Source of the DNA: an uncultured bacterium
Lineage (GTDB): Bacteria > Chloroflexota > UBA5177 > JANWHV01
Length of the DNA: 64,000 nt
Assembly: GCA_963827235.1 (NCBI GenBank)
Contig: CAWHAE010000016.1
Location: 320,001-384,000, forward strand
Reading direction: 5' to 3'
Both the position numbers and the translations under genes were made by a program. Positions 32,381 to 42,972 of the stretch are shown here, piece by piece. The notes beneath the pieces were generated by a model that did not search any database, had not been told where the DNA came from, and saw nothing but the letters and a program-made list of their open reading frames with translations. Position 1 is the stretch's first letter. Every line of letters begins with the position of its first letter.

Positions 32381-32833
32381 TCGGGTTCATCCTTCGCCGG
32401 TAGCCCATGCCGGCACCACCGGCAGGCCGCGCTACACATCTACCCGCTGCCAGCGTTGACTGTAACCTGTCGGATCGACGCTCGGCAACATCCTGGCCGG
32501 CGCAGCCGGTGTGGGTTGTTTCGCGGCCGAGCGACAACCCGGCACACGGGAGCCATAGCAGCGCCACCCGTCAAACCTGCAAGCCTGACTGCTGTGCTAC
32601 CATGGCGGAAGACGGGTCCCAGGGAGGGCAGGTGTCTCTGCGCATCAAGCGCCATCGGTGCTGCTATGCAGACCTGCCGGTCGCGACGGCTCAACGCCCG
32701 CTGCCGCGACGAATGCCCCATGGTTTTCGCCAGAATGCCGGACCAGGGTCGCCGGTTTCGTGCCTGGTAACGATGGGGACCAGTCGCCGCGCGCCGGGTA
32801 GCCGCCGAGGGCCCGCGATCCCGGAATGAGACC

Positions 32834-33421
32834 GTGATGAGCGACGTCGGCCTTGCGCCGGGTGGACAGCGGCGATACTCATACTACTTCCAGCCGATAG
32901 GCAGATTCCTGGATCAGCTCGACGCGCGCTATGTCACACTTGGCGAGATAGAAGGCGGCTTTGTGTGGCACTGCTACAAGCGCGGCGCGCCCTTGGAGGC
33001 GATCAGCGGTGTGATCGCTTTCGAGGACGTACAGGAGCTTATCGAATCGGACACTCGAAGCCGGGCGACGGTGGGCCGGAACCGCGAGGCCGAGCGTCGG
33101 ACGAGAGGAGCCGGTTGGCTGCTGCGACATCGCGGTCGGGGGGGTGGGTCCAGGCTGCCGCATCCGCTCTTTCCTCTCGGCTACGCAGAAACGCTCCTAT
33201 CGGTGGGAGCCAAGCTGGAGGATCAGCGTGCCTATTGCCCTCTCCTCGCGGAACGAGACACTTCACTGCTGGTCGTCTGCTCGTTGCCGCTGCCCAGCTA
33301 CATCAGATTGGACGTCACGAAGATGGAGACGTTCACGGGCATGCACGAGGTCGAGTACTCGAAGAACGACGTGCACCAGATCGTGATGTACTACCGCGGT
33401 AGGCGCGATCCGTTGCACTGA
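32834..33421 (+). CDS. Hypothetical protein with an internal duplication
   Basis: Two similar halves (Y..FQPIGRFLDQLDARY.TLGE and Y..TLLSVGAKLEDQRAY..LLAE). Confidence 0.65.
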   Translation: MMSDVGLAPGGQRRYSYYFQPIGRFLDQLDARYVTLGEIEGGFVWHCYKRGAPLEAISGVIAFEDVQELIESDTRSRATVGRNREAERRTRGAGWLLRHRGRGGGSRLPHPLFPLGYAETLLSVGAKLEDQRAYCPLLAERDTSLLVVCSLPLPSYIRLDVTKMETFTGMHEVEYSKNDVHQIVMYYRGRRDPLH

Positions 33422-33459
33422 CTGACCGGACAAGGAATCCTGGTGGAAAGGCATGCGCC

Positions 33460-34374
33460 ATGTCATGGGATGCGTCAGGTGAGATAGCAGAGCTGGAGAA
33501 CACGGGCTGGGATCGGCGTCTGAGAGTTTTCCGCCTCGCCGGCGAGGTAGACGTGGTGGCCGTAATCGACAGGGACGTGGTAACCATGGTCGACACGATG
33601 CCAGCACCGGAGTACGCTGCCGCGATCCTGGCGCTTCTGCAGCCGGTACTGACCGGGCGGCAGCTCCTGGTTGTGAACACGCACGCGGACTACGACCACG
33701 CGTGGGGCAACGCAGCCTTCCAGATGCGAGACGCCATGCACCGGGCGCCGATACTTGCCAGCCGTCAAGCCGCCGAGCGCCTGCGATCCGGCCACGAGCA
33801 AGCCTACCTCGCGGGTCGCCAGCGGGAGGATGCCCGATTTGCCGGTGTCCGTCTCGTGCCGCCGACCATTGAGCTCGACGGTGGCGGTCGCATTCGCGGT
33901 GGTCAGCTCTCGCTCGAGCTTCTTTCCACGCCGGGTCATACCGCCGATCACCTCGCTGTCTGGATACCCGAGATCCGGACCCTGCTGGCTGGAGACGCGG
34001 CGGAGAGTCCCTTTCCCTGCTGCGGCGAGGGTTCGAACCTCACGGCACTGCTCGCATCTCTGCGCAGGCTGCGCGCCCTGAATGCCGCGGTTGTCATTCC
34101 ATGCCACGGCGGAGTGGGTACCGGCGAGCTGCTGTCGCGCAACCTCGCCTACTTTGAGGAGATCGCCTCCCGGGTCCGGGCGTGCATAAATGCTGAGCTG
34201 TTGCCCGTGGCCCCGCACTCAACTTCGGTAGACGAGACTGTGATCGGCTTCAGCTACGAGGATGCTCTGCGATCTCAAGGCCTCGACCCGCACGAGGTGC
34301 CCACCTGCTATCGTCAGTGGCACCGGTTGGCCCTCCAGGCCACGGTCGCAAGCCTGCTCGCGGAGCGTGGTTAA
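33460..34374 (+). CDS. MBL-fold metallo-hydrolase
   Basis: NTHADYDHAWGN, TPGHTADH, LAGD and IPCHG motifs. Confidence 0.9.
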   Translation: MSWDASGEIAELENTGWDRRLRVFRLAGEVDVVAVIDRDVVTMVDTMPAPEYAAAILALLQPVLTGRQLLVVNTHADYDHAWGNAAFQMRDAMHRAPILASRQAAERLRSGHEQAYLAGRQREDARFAGVRLVPPTIELDGGGRIRGGQLSLELLSTPGHTADHLAVWIPEIRTLLAGDAAESPFPCCGEGSNLTALLASLRRLRALNAAVVIPCHGGVGTGELLSRNLAYFEEIASRVRACINAELLPVAPHSTSVDETVIGFSYEDALRSQGLDPHEVPTCYRQWHRLALQATVASLLAERG

Positions 34375-34757
34375 TCTCTCGGCGCGCTACCGAACCTATC
34401 GGCGAGATCCTGCCGCAAGACAGTGGCGCCGCGCAAGTAGACGTGCCTGATTGCCGACTGTGGAAGCTCAGTGTTGTAGTGGATGAGCACGCGCACGACG
34501 CGCTCGAGAGCGTTGGGAACCGGGATTTCGGTGGCACAGACCAGCGGCACGTCGATCCAACCCAGCCCTCGCGCCGCGTACGCCGGAAAGGCGGCGGTGA
34601 GATCGGGGGTAGTTGTGAACCACACGGAAGCAATATCCTGTAGGTTCAGGTTATTTCGCTCTATCAATGCTTCCAGCAGTTCCTTGGTCGCCTCACAAAT
34701 CGCTCCCGGCGTATTGTCACCGACTGTTATTGCCCCTCTGATGCCCCGGACCGGCAT
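34371..34757 (-). CDS. aroH: Chorismate mutase (AroH class)
   Basis: VRGIRGAITV, FTTTPDLTAAFPA and HVYLRGATVLR. Confidence 0.95.
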   Translation of the reverse strand: MPVRGIRGAITVGDNTPGAICEATKELLEALIERNNLNLQDIASVWFTTTPDLTAAFPAYAARGLGWIDVPLVCATEIPVPNALERVVRVLIHYNTELPQSAIRHVYLRGATVLRQDLADRFGSAPRD

Positions 34758-34816
34758 GTCCCTTCCTCTCGTTACCGCGGCATGCTCCGCGCAGGAAGTC
34801 CCACGGAAGCTCGCGC

Positions 34817-37060
34817 CTACAGCTTTTCCAGCTTTGCAAAATTCGTATCGAGCGTCTTGTCGACGTTCTTGCCTCGAGCATCGGCGAAGCGCACCACTAC
34901 GACGTCGCCACGGCCATCGACCTCACCGGCGATCACCGTGCCGATACCGAAGAACTTGTGTCTCACGCGCTCGCCCGGCACGAACGGTTCGGCGGGCTCG
35001 CGCTCAGCCTCAGTGGATTCACCCCATGTGGCGGTCCGGCCCACCGCGGCAACTGGTCGCAGCCCGATGCGCGGCGCGGCACCCGGCTGCGCTTTGCCGT
35101 CCAGCCTGATCAGACTTGCAGGTATGTCCTGGACGAAGCGCGAAGGCAGATTCATCTGCACGTTGCCGAACACCGTGCGCCGGCGTGCGCCGACGAGGTA
35201 GAGATGCTGCTTGGCACGAGTGATGCCGACGTAAGCCAGGCGGCGCTCCTCCTCCATCTGGCGGGGATCGTCCAGGCTACGGCTGTGAGGGAACAGACCT
35301 TCTTCCAGCCCAGTGATGAACACGACTGGATATTCGAGCCCCTTCGCGGCATGCAGAGTGATCAGCGTGACACGATCCGCCGCATCCATGGGCTCCTGTA
35401 AATCGGCCGCGGCCGGCAGTCGATCCGTATCCGCTACCAGCGCAATGTTCTCGAGCAGCTCCGACAGCCCAAATGGCGGCGGCAGAGCCGCGTACTCGAG
35501 CGCCAATGAGCGCAGCTCCTTAACGTTCTGCCATCGCTCATCGCCTTCGGCGGTACCGTCGCGCAGCCACTGCGCATAGCCCGACGATTCCAGGAGGTCG
35601 TCAAGCAGGTCGAGGACGTTGACGCTACTCGATTGGTCCTGAAGGCGTCGAATTAGCGTATCGAACTCTGCCACCGCGTGCTGTCCGGCTGGAGACAGCT
35701 CACCGAGCTCGGATGCCTGGGCTATGCTCCGGCGCAGGGACAGGTGCCGGCTTTGGGCCAGGCTCTGCAGACCGGAGACAACCTTGGGACCGATCTTGCG
35801 CGGCGGCACGTTGATGATCCGAGAAAGCGACAGCTCGTCGTCGGGGTTGGCGATCAGCCGCAGATAGGCAATCACGTCCTTGATCTCGCGGCGCTCGTAG
35901 AAGCGGACTCCGCCGATCAGCACGTAGGGGATACCCTCCCGCACAAACGCATCCTCTATGGCTCGCGACTGCGCGTTGGTGCGATACATGACGGCACAGT
36001 CGCCAAGCCGAGCGTCACCTCTGCCTTGCAGGCGCCGGATCTCGTGCGCAACCCAGGTCCCCTCTTGCATCTCATCGACCGCAAGATAGCGGCGAATGGG
36101 CGCACCGCCCGCGTTCTCGGTCCACAGACGCTTCTGTTTGCGGGCGAGGTTGAGCGACACTACGGCGTGAGCCGCGTCGAGAATCGTCTGTGTCGAGCGA
36201 TAGTTCTGCTCGAGCTTGACCACTGTTGCGGTAGGGTAATCCTTCTCGAAATTGAGGATGTTGCGAATGTCCGCCCCTCGCCAGCCGTAGATCGACTGAT
36301 CGTCGTCGCCGACCACACACAGGTTGTGATGCTCGCTGGCGAGCAGCCGTACCAGAAGATACTGCGAGTGATTCGTATCCTGGTACTCGTCCACCGAGAT
36401 GTACCGGTAACGCCGGCTGATTTCCTGCCGTCGATCATCATGTTGCTGTAGGTGCAGAACGGTCTGCATGATCAGGTCGTCGAAGTCCAGTGCGTTGTTT
36501 TCGCGAAGCTTTCGCTGGTAACCGTCGTAGATACGCCTGACGAACTCCTCGATGTAGCCCTTAGGCTCGTAGCGCTCCGGCAGAATGAGCTCATTCTTGG
36601 CCTGCGAGATAGCATTTCTCACTGCTCCCGGGCTGATCTGTTTCTCCGGGATCTGCAGTGAGGCCATGACCGATTTGATCACGCTGGTCTGGTCGTCGTC
36701 GTCGTATATCGTGAAGCGGTCGCGCCCCAAAGGTCTCCACTCGCGACGCAGCAGGCGCACACAGATGCTGTGAAAGGTACCCACCGTGACGTCACGCCCT
36801 GAGGGGCCCACCACGGTGGCTAGGCGCTCCTTCAGCTCACCAGCCGCCTTATTGGTGAAGGTCACGGCCATCACCTGCCATGGGCGAGCATGGCCATGCT
36901 GCAGCAGATAACCGATGCGCTGAGTCAGCACGCGCGTCTTGCCGGAGCCCGCGCCGGCCAGAATGAGTAACGGGCCGTCGACGTGCTCGACGGCAGCGCG
37001 CTGTGCCGGATTGAGGTTTTCGAGGCTCAACATTGACGAGATCATTCCGTCCGTATGCAT
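34817..37060 (-). CDS. pcrA: ATP-dependent DNA helicase PcrA/UvrD (start between 37033 and 37060)
   Basis: LAGAGSGKTRVLT, VDEYQDTN, LEQNYRS, TLHAAKGLEY, EERRLAYVGITRA; C-terminal Tudor-like domain. Confidence 0.95.
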   Translation of the reverse strand: MHTDGMISSMLSLENLNPAQRAAVEHVDGPLLILAGAGSGKTRVLTQRIGYLLQHGHARPWQVMAVTFTNKAAGELKERLATVVGPSGRDVTVGTFHSICVRLLRREWRPLGRDRFTIYDDDDQTSVIKSVMASLQIPEKQISPGAVRNAISQAKNELILPERYEPKGYIEEFVRRIYDGYQRKLRENNALDFDDLIMQTVLHLQQHDDRRQEISRRYRYISVDEYQDTNHSQYLLVRLLASEHHNLCVVGDDDQSIYGWRGADIRNILNFEKDYPTATVVKLEQNYRSTQTILDAAHAVVSLNLARKQKRLWTENAGGAPIRRYLAVDEMQEGTWVAHEIRRLQGRGDARLGDCAVMYRTNAQSRAIEDAFVREGIPYVLIGGVRFYERREIKDVIAYLRLIANPDDELSLSRIINVPPRKIGPKVVSGLQSLAQSRHLSLRRSIAQASELGELSPAGQHAVAEFDTLIRRLQDQSSSVNVLDLLDDLLESSGYAQWLRDGTAEGDERWQNVKELRSLALEYAALPPPFGLSELLENIALVADTDRLPAAADLQEPMDAADRVTLITLHAAKGLEYPVVFITGLEEGLFPHSRSLDDPRQMEEERRLAYVGITRAKQHLYLVGARRRTVFGNVQMNLPSRFVQDIPASLIRLDGKAQPGAAPRIGLRPVAAVGRTATWGESTEAEREPAEPFVPGERVRHKFFGIGTVIAGEVDGRGDVVVVRFADARGKNVDKTLDTNFAKLEKL

Positions 37061-37197
37061 GAGTGCCGAGTTTCCAGTGTAGCCGATGGCGGAACCGCCT
37101 TCCAAAATGATACCCAGGGCCGGCACTGCGGAAGCGCCGCTCGTGCGTGTGCCGCGCGAGACGGTACGATGGAGAAACAGATCGCCGGAGGTTGAGT

Positions 37198-38025
37198 GTG
37201 CAGGCGGAACAGGGGCCAGATAGCGGGGGCAAGCCGCGAGCGACGCGTTTCGACTGCTCCAGCAGAGCTAGCGTCCTCGGGATTCCCATAGACCGGGCGA
37301 CCATGCGGCAAGCGGTAGCCATCCTGGTGGCATGGATTGACGAGGAGCCGCCGCGCCACGTGGTCACGGTCAATCCCGAGTTCGTCATGCTTGCGCGCCG
37401 GGACGCGGAGTTCAGGCGAGTGCTGCTGAGCGCCGACCTGGCGGTGGCCGACGGTATCGGCATCGTGCTGGCTGGGCGCATTCTTGCTCGACCGTTTCCC
37501 GGGCGAGTTGGCGGCGTCGACCTGGTCGAGCGCTTCCTGCGCGCCGCTCCACCGGGTACCCGGCTCTTCCTGTTGGGTGCCGGGCCCGGCGTTGCCGAGG
37601 AGGCGGCACAAGTCCTCATGGCGCGAAACAGCGGACTGATTCTGACGGGTACTCTGGCCGGTTCGCCCCTCCCCGAGCACGAGGTCGAGATCGGCGACAA
37701 GATCGTAGCGGCACGACCTCACGTCCTGCTGGTCGCCTTCGGTGCTCCTGCTCAGGAGCTCTGGATTGCGAGGAACAGAGAGCGACTTCAGGTGCCGGTT
37801 GCCATCGGGGTGGGCGGCGCGTTCGATTTCATCTCCGGCCGGGCCCCTCGCGCACCTGTGTTGCTGCAGCGAATTGGCCTGGAATGGCTCTACCGGCTGG
37901 CACGGCAGCCATGGCGATGGAGACGCATGCTGGCCCTGCCCCGATTCGCCGCTCTGGTGCTGCTGGAACGCGGCCGAAACACCTGGGCGGAAGTGCGGAA
38001 GCCAGAGGCAGGATCGGCGCCGTGA
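37198..38025 (+). CDS. WecB/TagA/CpsF family glycosyltransferase
   Basis: VVTVNPE, ADGIG, GAPAQELWI, GVGGAFD and GLEWLYRL; GTG after GGAGG. Confidence 0.92.
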   Translation: MQAEQGPDSGGKPRATRFDCSSRASVLGIPIDRATMRQAVAILVAWIDEEPPRHVVTVNPEFVMLARRDAEFRRVLLSADLAVADGIGIVLAGRILARPFPGRVGGVDLVERFLRAAPPGTRLFLLGAGPGVAEEAAQVLMARNSGLILTGTLAGSPLPEHEVEIGDKIVAARPHVLLVAFGAPAQELWIARNRERLQVPVAIGVGGAFDFISGRAPRAPVLLQRIGLEWLYRLARQPWRWRRMLALPRFAALVLLERGRNTWAEVRKPEAGSAP

Positions 38026-39158
38026 ATCGCCCGGCTCGCGTGGCCATCGTGCACGACTACCTTCTGCAGGTCGGCGGCGCCGAGCGCGTGCTGGAGGAGC
38101 TCCACCGCATGTGGCCCTCGGCCCCGGTGTTCACCACGTTCTATGATCGCCGGACCATGGCGGCGCACAGCCTGGGCGTGCCTGCCAGCGCCATCAGAAC
38201 CCTGATGCCGAGCCGGCTGCCACACCGTGGCCGACCGGCCAAGGCATGGACGTTCGTATACCCGTTCATATGGCGGCGACTTGATCTACGAGGGTTTGAC
38301 CTGGTGATCAGCTCTTCTTCGTTCGCGGCGCATCACGTGCGCGTCGCCGCCGAGGCCAAGCACATCTGTTATTGCCATTCACCGGCTCGTTTCATGTATG
38401 GGCTGCAGACGGAGATCGATCATCGCAGGTTGAGGCGAGTGCTGCCAATCCTCGGGCCGGCCTACAGTGTGCTGCTTCGCCTTGACCAGGAGGCGGCGAC
38501 GAGAGTGAGCCAATACGTGGCGAACTCGGAGGAGGTAGCCGGCCGGATTCTTCGCGCCTATAGCCGGCGGAGCATCGTCGTCTATCCACCCGTCGACACA
38601 GACGCCTTTGCCGATGTCAGCCCGTCCCCGGATCGGGCATACTTCCTCGCCTACGGCCGTCTGGTGGCGTCGAAGCGCGTGGACGTCATCGTGCAGGCCG
38701 CGAACATGGCGCGCGCAGACCTGGTGGTCGCGGGCAGCGGGCCCGAGACCGGTCGCCTCAAGAGCCTGGCCGGGCCGAACGTGCGCCTCACCGGCTGGCA
38801 AAGCCCAGCGGGCCTGCGCGACCTCATGGCCGGCGCGCGAGCTGTCCTGTTCGCGGCTGATGAGGACTTCGGTATCGTGCCAGTGGAGGCCATGGCCGCA
38901 GGCATACCCGTGATCGCCTTCGGACACGGCGGCGCACGCGAATCAGTCGTAGAAGGCAGCACCGGCGAGTTCTTCACACCGCAGACCGCTGGAGCGCTCG
39001 CCGAGACGCTGCTGGGCTTTGATCACAGGAAGTACGATCCATCGGCCTGCCGAGCCCGCGCCGCTTACTTCGACGCCGCCGTCTTCCGCAGCCGCTTCCA
39101 ACAAGTTGCCGATCGCGTGCTGGATGGAACCATTGCATCTGCGCCCGTCTTCGGGTAG
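38022..39158 (+). CDS. GT4 family glycosyltransferase
   Basis: AIVHDYLLQVGGAERV, CYCHSPAR and EDFGIVPVEAMAAG; GTGA overlap with the upstream gene. Confidence 0.92.
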   Translation: MNRPARVAIVHDYLLQVGGAERVLEELHRMWPSAPVFTTFYDRRTMAAHSLGVPASAIRTLMPSRLPHRGRPAKAWTFVYPFIWRRLDLRGFDLVISSSSFAAHHVRVAAEAKHICYCHSPARFMYGLQTEIDHRRLRRVLPILGPAYSVLLRLDQEAATRVSQYVANSEEVAGRILRAYSRRSIVVYPPVDTDAFADVSPSPDRAYFLAYGRLVASKRVDVIVQAANMARADLVVAGSGPETGRLKSLAGPNVRLTGWQSPAGLRDLMAGARAVLFAADEDFGIVPVEAMAAGIPVIAFGHGGARESVVEGSTGEFFTPQTAGALAETLLGFDHRKYDPSACRARAAYFDAAVFRSRFQQVADRVLDGTIASAPVFG

Positions 39159-39173
39159 CATATGGAAAGCCAC

Positions 39174-39244
39174 TGGGGGATCGTCTAGCGGTAGGACAGC
39201 TGACTCTGGATCAGCCAGCCGGGGTTCGAATCCCTGTCCCCCAG
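39174..39244 (+). tRNA. tRNA-Gln (anticodon CTG)
   Basis: Acceptor stem TGGGGGA/TCCCCCA, anticodon arm gctga-CT CTG GA-tcagc, T-loop GGTTCGAATCC; CCA not fully encoded. Confidence 0.96.
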
Positions 39245-39248
39245 CCTC

Positions 39249-39284
39249 GAGAGGCCCCCGAAGCAGATGGTTCGGGGGCCTCTC
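39249..39284. terminator. Terminator hairpin after tRNA-Gln (convergent gene opposite)
   Basis: 14-bp perfect stem gagaggcccccgaa / ttcgggggcctctc. Confidence 0.7.
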
Positions 39285-39328
39285 TGATAGGATAGGCGCT
39301 GCTACCGGGTAGATGCGACGCGACGCCA

Positions 39329-39850
39329 TCAGGGGGCGCTATCGGCCAGGAGGCGGGTTTTCGCAGCGTCGAACTCGGCATCGCTCAGTACGCCGGAGTT
39401 GTGAAGCGCGGCCAGGCGATCGGGCTGCGGTGCCAGGGCGTTGGCTCCCAGAGCGCTTGTCGGCACACTCGCCGGAGCCGGCACGGGGCGCGCTGTGGCG
39501 ATGGCGTCGCGGAGTTGCTTAGCCAAGCCGGCTCAACGGGCGCGATACTTGTCGGTGATGCCCACGAGTATGCCGAATCCGAGAGCCTCCTCCGCCGTGA
39601 TGGACACCCGGCCAGCCGCCGGATCCGCACCCACGTCAATCTGTACCAGTTTGGGCAGCGTGCTTTCTGAGAGGAACACGTCTCCCAGCAAGCGCGTTCC
39701 TGCCGGTGATCCGGATCTGGCCACCACCCTGGAATCGGTTTCCTGCTCGATAGCGCCTCCCGTTCTCAGCAGATCCCGCTTCGTGCTTTCGAGGCACTGG
39801 CCCCTGCCGGAGGCCGTGACGAGGTGTTCCGAATGCGAGATTCGCGCCAT
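39329..39850 (-). pseudogene. SHOCT-domain protein interrupted by an in-frame TGA (39533-39535)
   Basis: ORFs 39533-39850 and 39329-39526 are in the same frame; C-terminus RLAALHNSGVLSDAEFDAAKTRLL is SHOCT-like. Confidence 0.6.
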
Positions 39851-39897
39851 GGGAGTTCACCTCCCATCTCAATCGACGCCATTGTAGTTGCCGCCGC

Positions 39898-41067
39898 CTA
39901 ACGCCCCGTTTGTGCGCCGGGACCCAGGCGCTTCTCCCATCCTTCCTTTGTCGCGTCGAAGTAGGAACTAGGGTCATACGGATGCTCGCGTACCACGTCC
40001 AGGTTCAGGTCCAGACCCAAACCGGGCGATTCCGGCAGTGAAAGATGGCCGTTCTCAGCGTCGAGACGAGGATGCCAGGTAACCAGATCGCGGGTCCACG
40101 GTGCGTTGAAGGGGTCGAAGTGCTCCTGGATCAGGAAGTTCGGCACGCACGCCGCCAGTTGCAGGCAGGTTGCCGTGGCTACCGGTCCACCGCTCTGGTG
40201 CGGAGCGATCGTGGCGCCGGCAGCCCGCGCGAGGTTGGCCACGGCGAGCGCGTTCAGGATGCCGCCGAGGCACATGGGCTCCGGCTGGTAGATGCTGACG
40301 TGACCTCCTTTGGCCAGGTTAAGAAAGCTTCCCACGCGGTGGAATTGCTCGCCGGTAGCCACGGGGATCGGGCACTGCGCCGCGATTTCGTTGGTGAGCT
40401 CCTCGCGCTCCGCTGTGGTCGGCTCTTCCCACCAGAAGAGGTCGAGTGGAGCCAGCCGTCGTGCCACGCGCAGAGCCTCGCTGGGTAGAAATCGACAGTG
40501 CACGTCAATCATGATCTTGAGCCCCGGTCCAAAGCGGCCTCGGATTGCCTGCAGAATGTCGTGCGCGACCTGGAGCTCCTGCTCGTCAATCGTGGCCCGC
40601 GCGGTACCAAACGGGTCGATCTTGAGTGCCTTGAACCCCTTGCCGACCACGGTTTCGGCGAGCGCCAGAAATGACTCCGGCGACCGCTCACCACGGTACC
40701 AGCCATTCGCGTACGCCGGCACGCTGTCCCGAAGTCTCCCTCCCAGAAGCTGGTACACCGGCACGCCCAAGGACTTGCCCAGAATGTCCCAGCAGGCCAC
40801 CTCAATGGCGGCAGTGGCCAGTCGATGAACATGTCCACCGTCCTGCACCGTGTCGAGCAATGCTCGCGTCACGGCCGCGATCTGCCTGGGGTCCTTGCCC
40901 AGCACGAAATGCTCGAGCTCGTGCACCGCGGCTTCCGTGGTCTTTACGAAGCCGTTCATGGTCGCCTCGCCGATACCATGCAGCCCGTCGTCGGTAATCA
41001 CTCTGACGAAGAGCCAGTTCTTCCAGTCGACGCTGACCGTGTAGGTCTCGACGCGCGCGATTTTCAC
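39898..41067 (-). CDS. Mandelate racemase/enolase-superfamily acid-sugar dehydratase (galactonate dehydratase-like)
   Basis: KNWLFVRV, AIEVACWDILGK, YANGWY, KIDPF, WWEEP and ATGE; GTG after AAGGAG. Confidence 0.85.
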   Translation of the reverse strand: MKIARVETYTVSVDWKNWLFVRVITDDGLHGIGEATMNGFVKTTEAAVHELEHFVLGKDPRQIAAVTRALLDTVQDGGHVHRLATAAIEVACWDILGKSLGVPVYQLLGGRLRDSVPAYANGWYRGERSPESFLALAETVVGKGFKALKIDPFGTARATIDEQELQVAHDILQAIRGRFGPGLKIMIDVHCRFLPSEALRVARRLAPLDLFWWEEPTTAEREELTNEIAAQCPIPVATGEQFHRVGSFLNLAKGGHVSIYQPEPMCLGGILNALAVANLARAAGATIAPHQSGGPVATATCLQLAACVPNFLIQEHFDPFNAPWTRDLVTWHPRLDAENGHLSLPESPGLGLDLNLDVVREHPYDPSSYFDATKEGWEKRLGPGAQTGR

Positions 41068-41181
41068 CCTGTCATCTCCTTGCTCGGCCGCCACACACGG
41101 CGGAGAAACACTGGCGCACGGTACCACGCGCCTCGACGTGTGTCAACAGTCGTCACAGAGTCTCGCGGAGGCGGGTCGGTC

Positions 41182-42009
41182 TCACGCCGTGACGTCGCGA
41201 ATTCGCAGAGCGGACACTGCTATCGCCAGGAAGATAACCGCGTAAAGGGCAAGCGCCACGAGAGACTGCCCGGCGCTCGGAGCACTGGAGCCGGCATCTG
41301 CCAGGCTGCTTCCGGGCACCAGCCCGCCCTTGACCACCTGCGTGATCGTGCTGTCGCTGTAGCTGGCAGGAAAGTGCTCGGCGATGCTCTGCCACACGCC
41401 GCCGAGCGCTTCGAGGATTCGCCGCAGTACGTACTCGGCCAGCGTGCCGCCGATACCGACGGCAATGCCCACCGCGGCGGATCGGAAAACCACGGCTGCC
41501 GTGTACCCGAGCACGAGATAGAATGCCGAGATGTACCAGGCAGTGAGCGCTCCTTTGAGCAACATCGAGAGGTAGTCGGCGCTCCACAGGCCACCCACCC
41601 ATACCCGATTGCCGGTGAGCCACGCGACCGCGGCTCCGGCACCGGTGCCTGCAGCCACTATGGCGGCGATGGCCAGGGCAACCCCTGCCAACAGCACGGC
41701 CAGACCGGCGCTGAAGTGCTCCAGGCGGTTTGGCCGGCGCGTCAGCACGGAGCGGATCGTGCCCCATCCATATTCGTTTCCCGCCCAAGATCCGCCCAGA
41801 ACGGGCCAGAAGAAGGGAGCGAAGAAGGAGCAGAGAGATAGCGCGGCCAGCCAGCCCCTCGGCAGAAGGAGGTTCTCGCGGGCCGCGGCCCTGGTGCCCA
41901 GTCCCCAGAATGCCACGACAATCAGCGCTACGAGCAAGACGACGATCACGCGCGGCATCCAGCGTTTGCTCATCTTCAGCCACTCGAAAGAGAGATACTC
42001 GCGCATCAC
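41182..42009 (-). CDS. ABC-2 type transporter permease
   Basis: EWLKM, GNEYGWGTIRSVLT, six TM helices, ends RIRDVTA. Confidence 0.88.
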   Translation of the reverse strand: MMREYLSFEWLKMSKRWMPRVIVVLLVALIVVAFWGLGTRAAARENLLLPRGWLAALSLCSFFAPFFWPVLGGSWAGNEYGWGTIRSVLTRRPNRLEHFSAGLAVLLAGVALAIAAIVAAGTGAGAAVAWLTGNRVWVGGLWSADYLSMLLKGALTAWYISAFYLVLGYTAAVVFRSAAVGIAVGIGGTLAEYVLRRILEALGGVWQSIAEHFPASYSDSTITQVVKGGLVPGSSLADAGSSAPSAGQSLVALALYAVIFLAIAVSALRIRDVTA

Positions 42010-42972
42010 TTGTCTCCCGTCACGTCGAGGAAATACTGCTCGAGACTCTGTTCCTGCACGCGCAAGCCTGAGAGGTACAGGCCGCGCTCCGCGAGCACAC
42101 GCGTCACCTCGGCTGCCCTGGCGCCAGGTGCGGCCACTGTCAGGTGGCCGTCTCCTCGTGTGACCTCGCCGAGCAGGGCCGAGCGGAGAATGTTCTCTGC
42201 TTCATCCAGCCGCTCCACGCGCACTTCCAGGAAGTCGCGACTGCCGAGCAGATCGCTCACTGTGCCCTGCACGACCACCCGTCCCCGGTTCAGTATGGCA
42301 ACGCGATCGCAAATCTGCTCTATCTCGTGCAGCACGTGGCTGGAGATGAAGACGGTATGCCCGCCGGCCCTGAGCTGGCGCATCAGGTCTCGCATCTCCA
42401 CAATTCCAGCAGGATCGAGCCCGTTAGCCGGCTCGTCGAGGATGAGCAGGTCGGGATCATGCAGCATGGAGGCGCCAACGGCCAAGCGCTGCTTCATGCC
42501 CAGCGAGTAGGTCTTGAACGCGCGGTCGGCCGCACCGGAGAGGTCCATGAGGTCGATGATGTCGTTCACTCGGTTCTCTCGAGTGTGCGTGAGCCGCGCC
42601 ATGGCTCTCAGGTTGTCGCGGCCGGACAGGTATGGATAGAAGGTCGGACTCTCGATGATGGCGCCCGTACGCTTCAGGATCGACGGGAGCGCCGACGCGA
42701 TGTCCATGCCCAGCACCTGTGCTCGCCCTGACGTTGGGCGGAATCAGGCCGAGCAGCATGCGCATCGTCGTCGTTTTGCCCGCGCCGTTCGGCCCCAAGA
42801 ATCCGAAGATCTCGCCCCGCGCGACCGTGAGGTCCAGGCCATCGACGGCGAGGACATGGCCGTACGCCTTGGTCAAGCCGTGGGTTTGAATGGCCGGTCC
42901 CTCGCGGCCCGGCACCGAGTCCGCACCAGCATTCGGGCCGAGAGCCGGACTCTGCCGCAGTGTCGACACCAT
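42006..42972 (-). CDS. ABC transporter ATP-binding protein, frameshifted near 42735
   Basis: Walker [10 protein letters not shown] in one frame; [20 protein letters not shown] and SSH in another; removing one base gives [13 protein letters not shown]. Confidence 0.88.

Noticed and set aside
42730-42740. Programmed ribosomal frameshifting in the ABC ATPase, glgP or gluQ
   Set aside because: No slippery heptamers; these families are not known to be recoded; the clustering points to assembly errors
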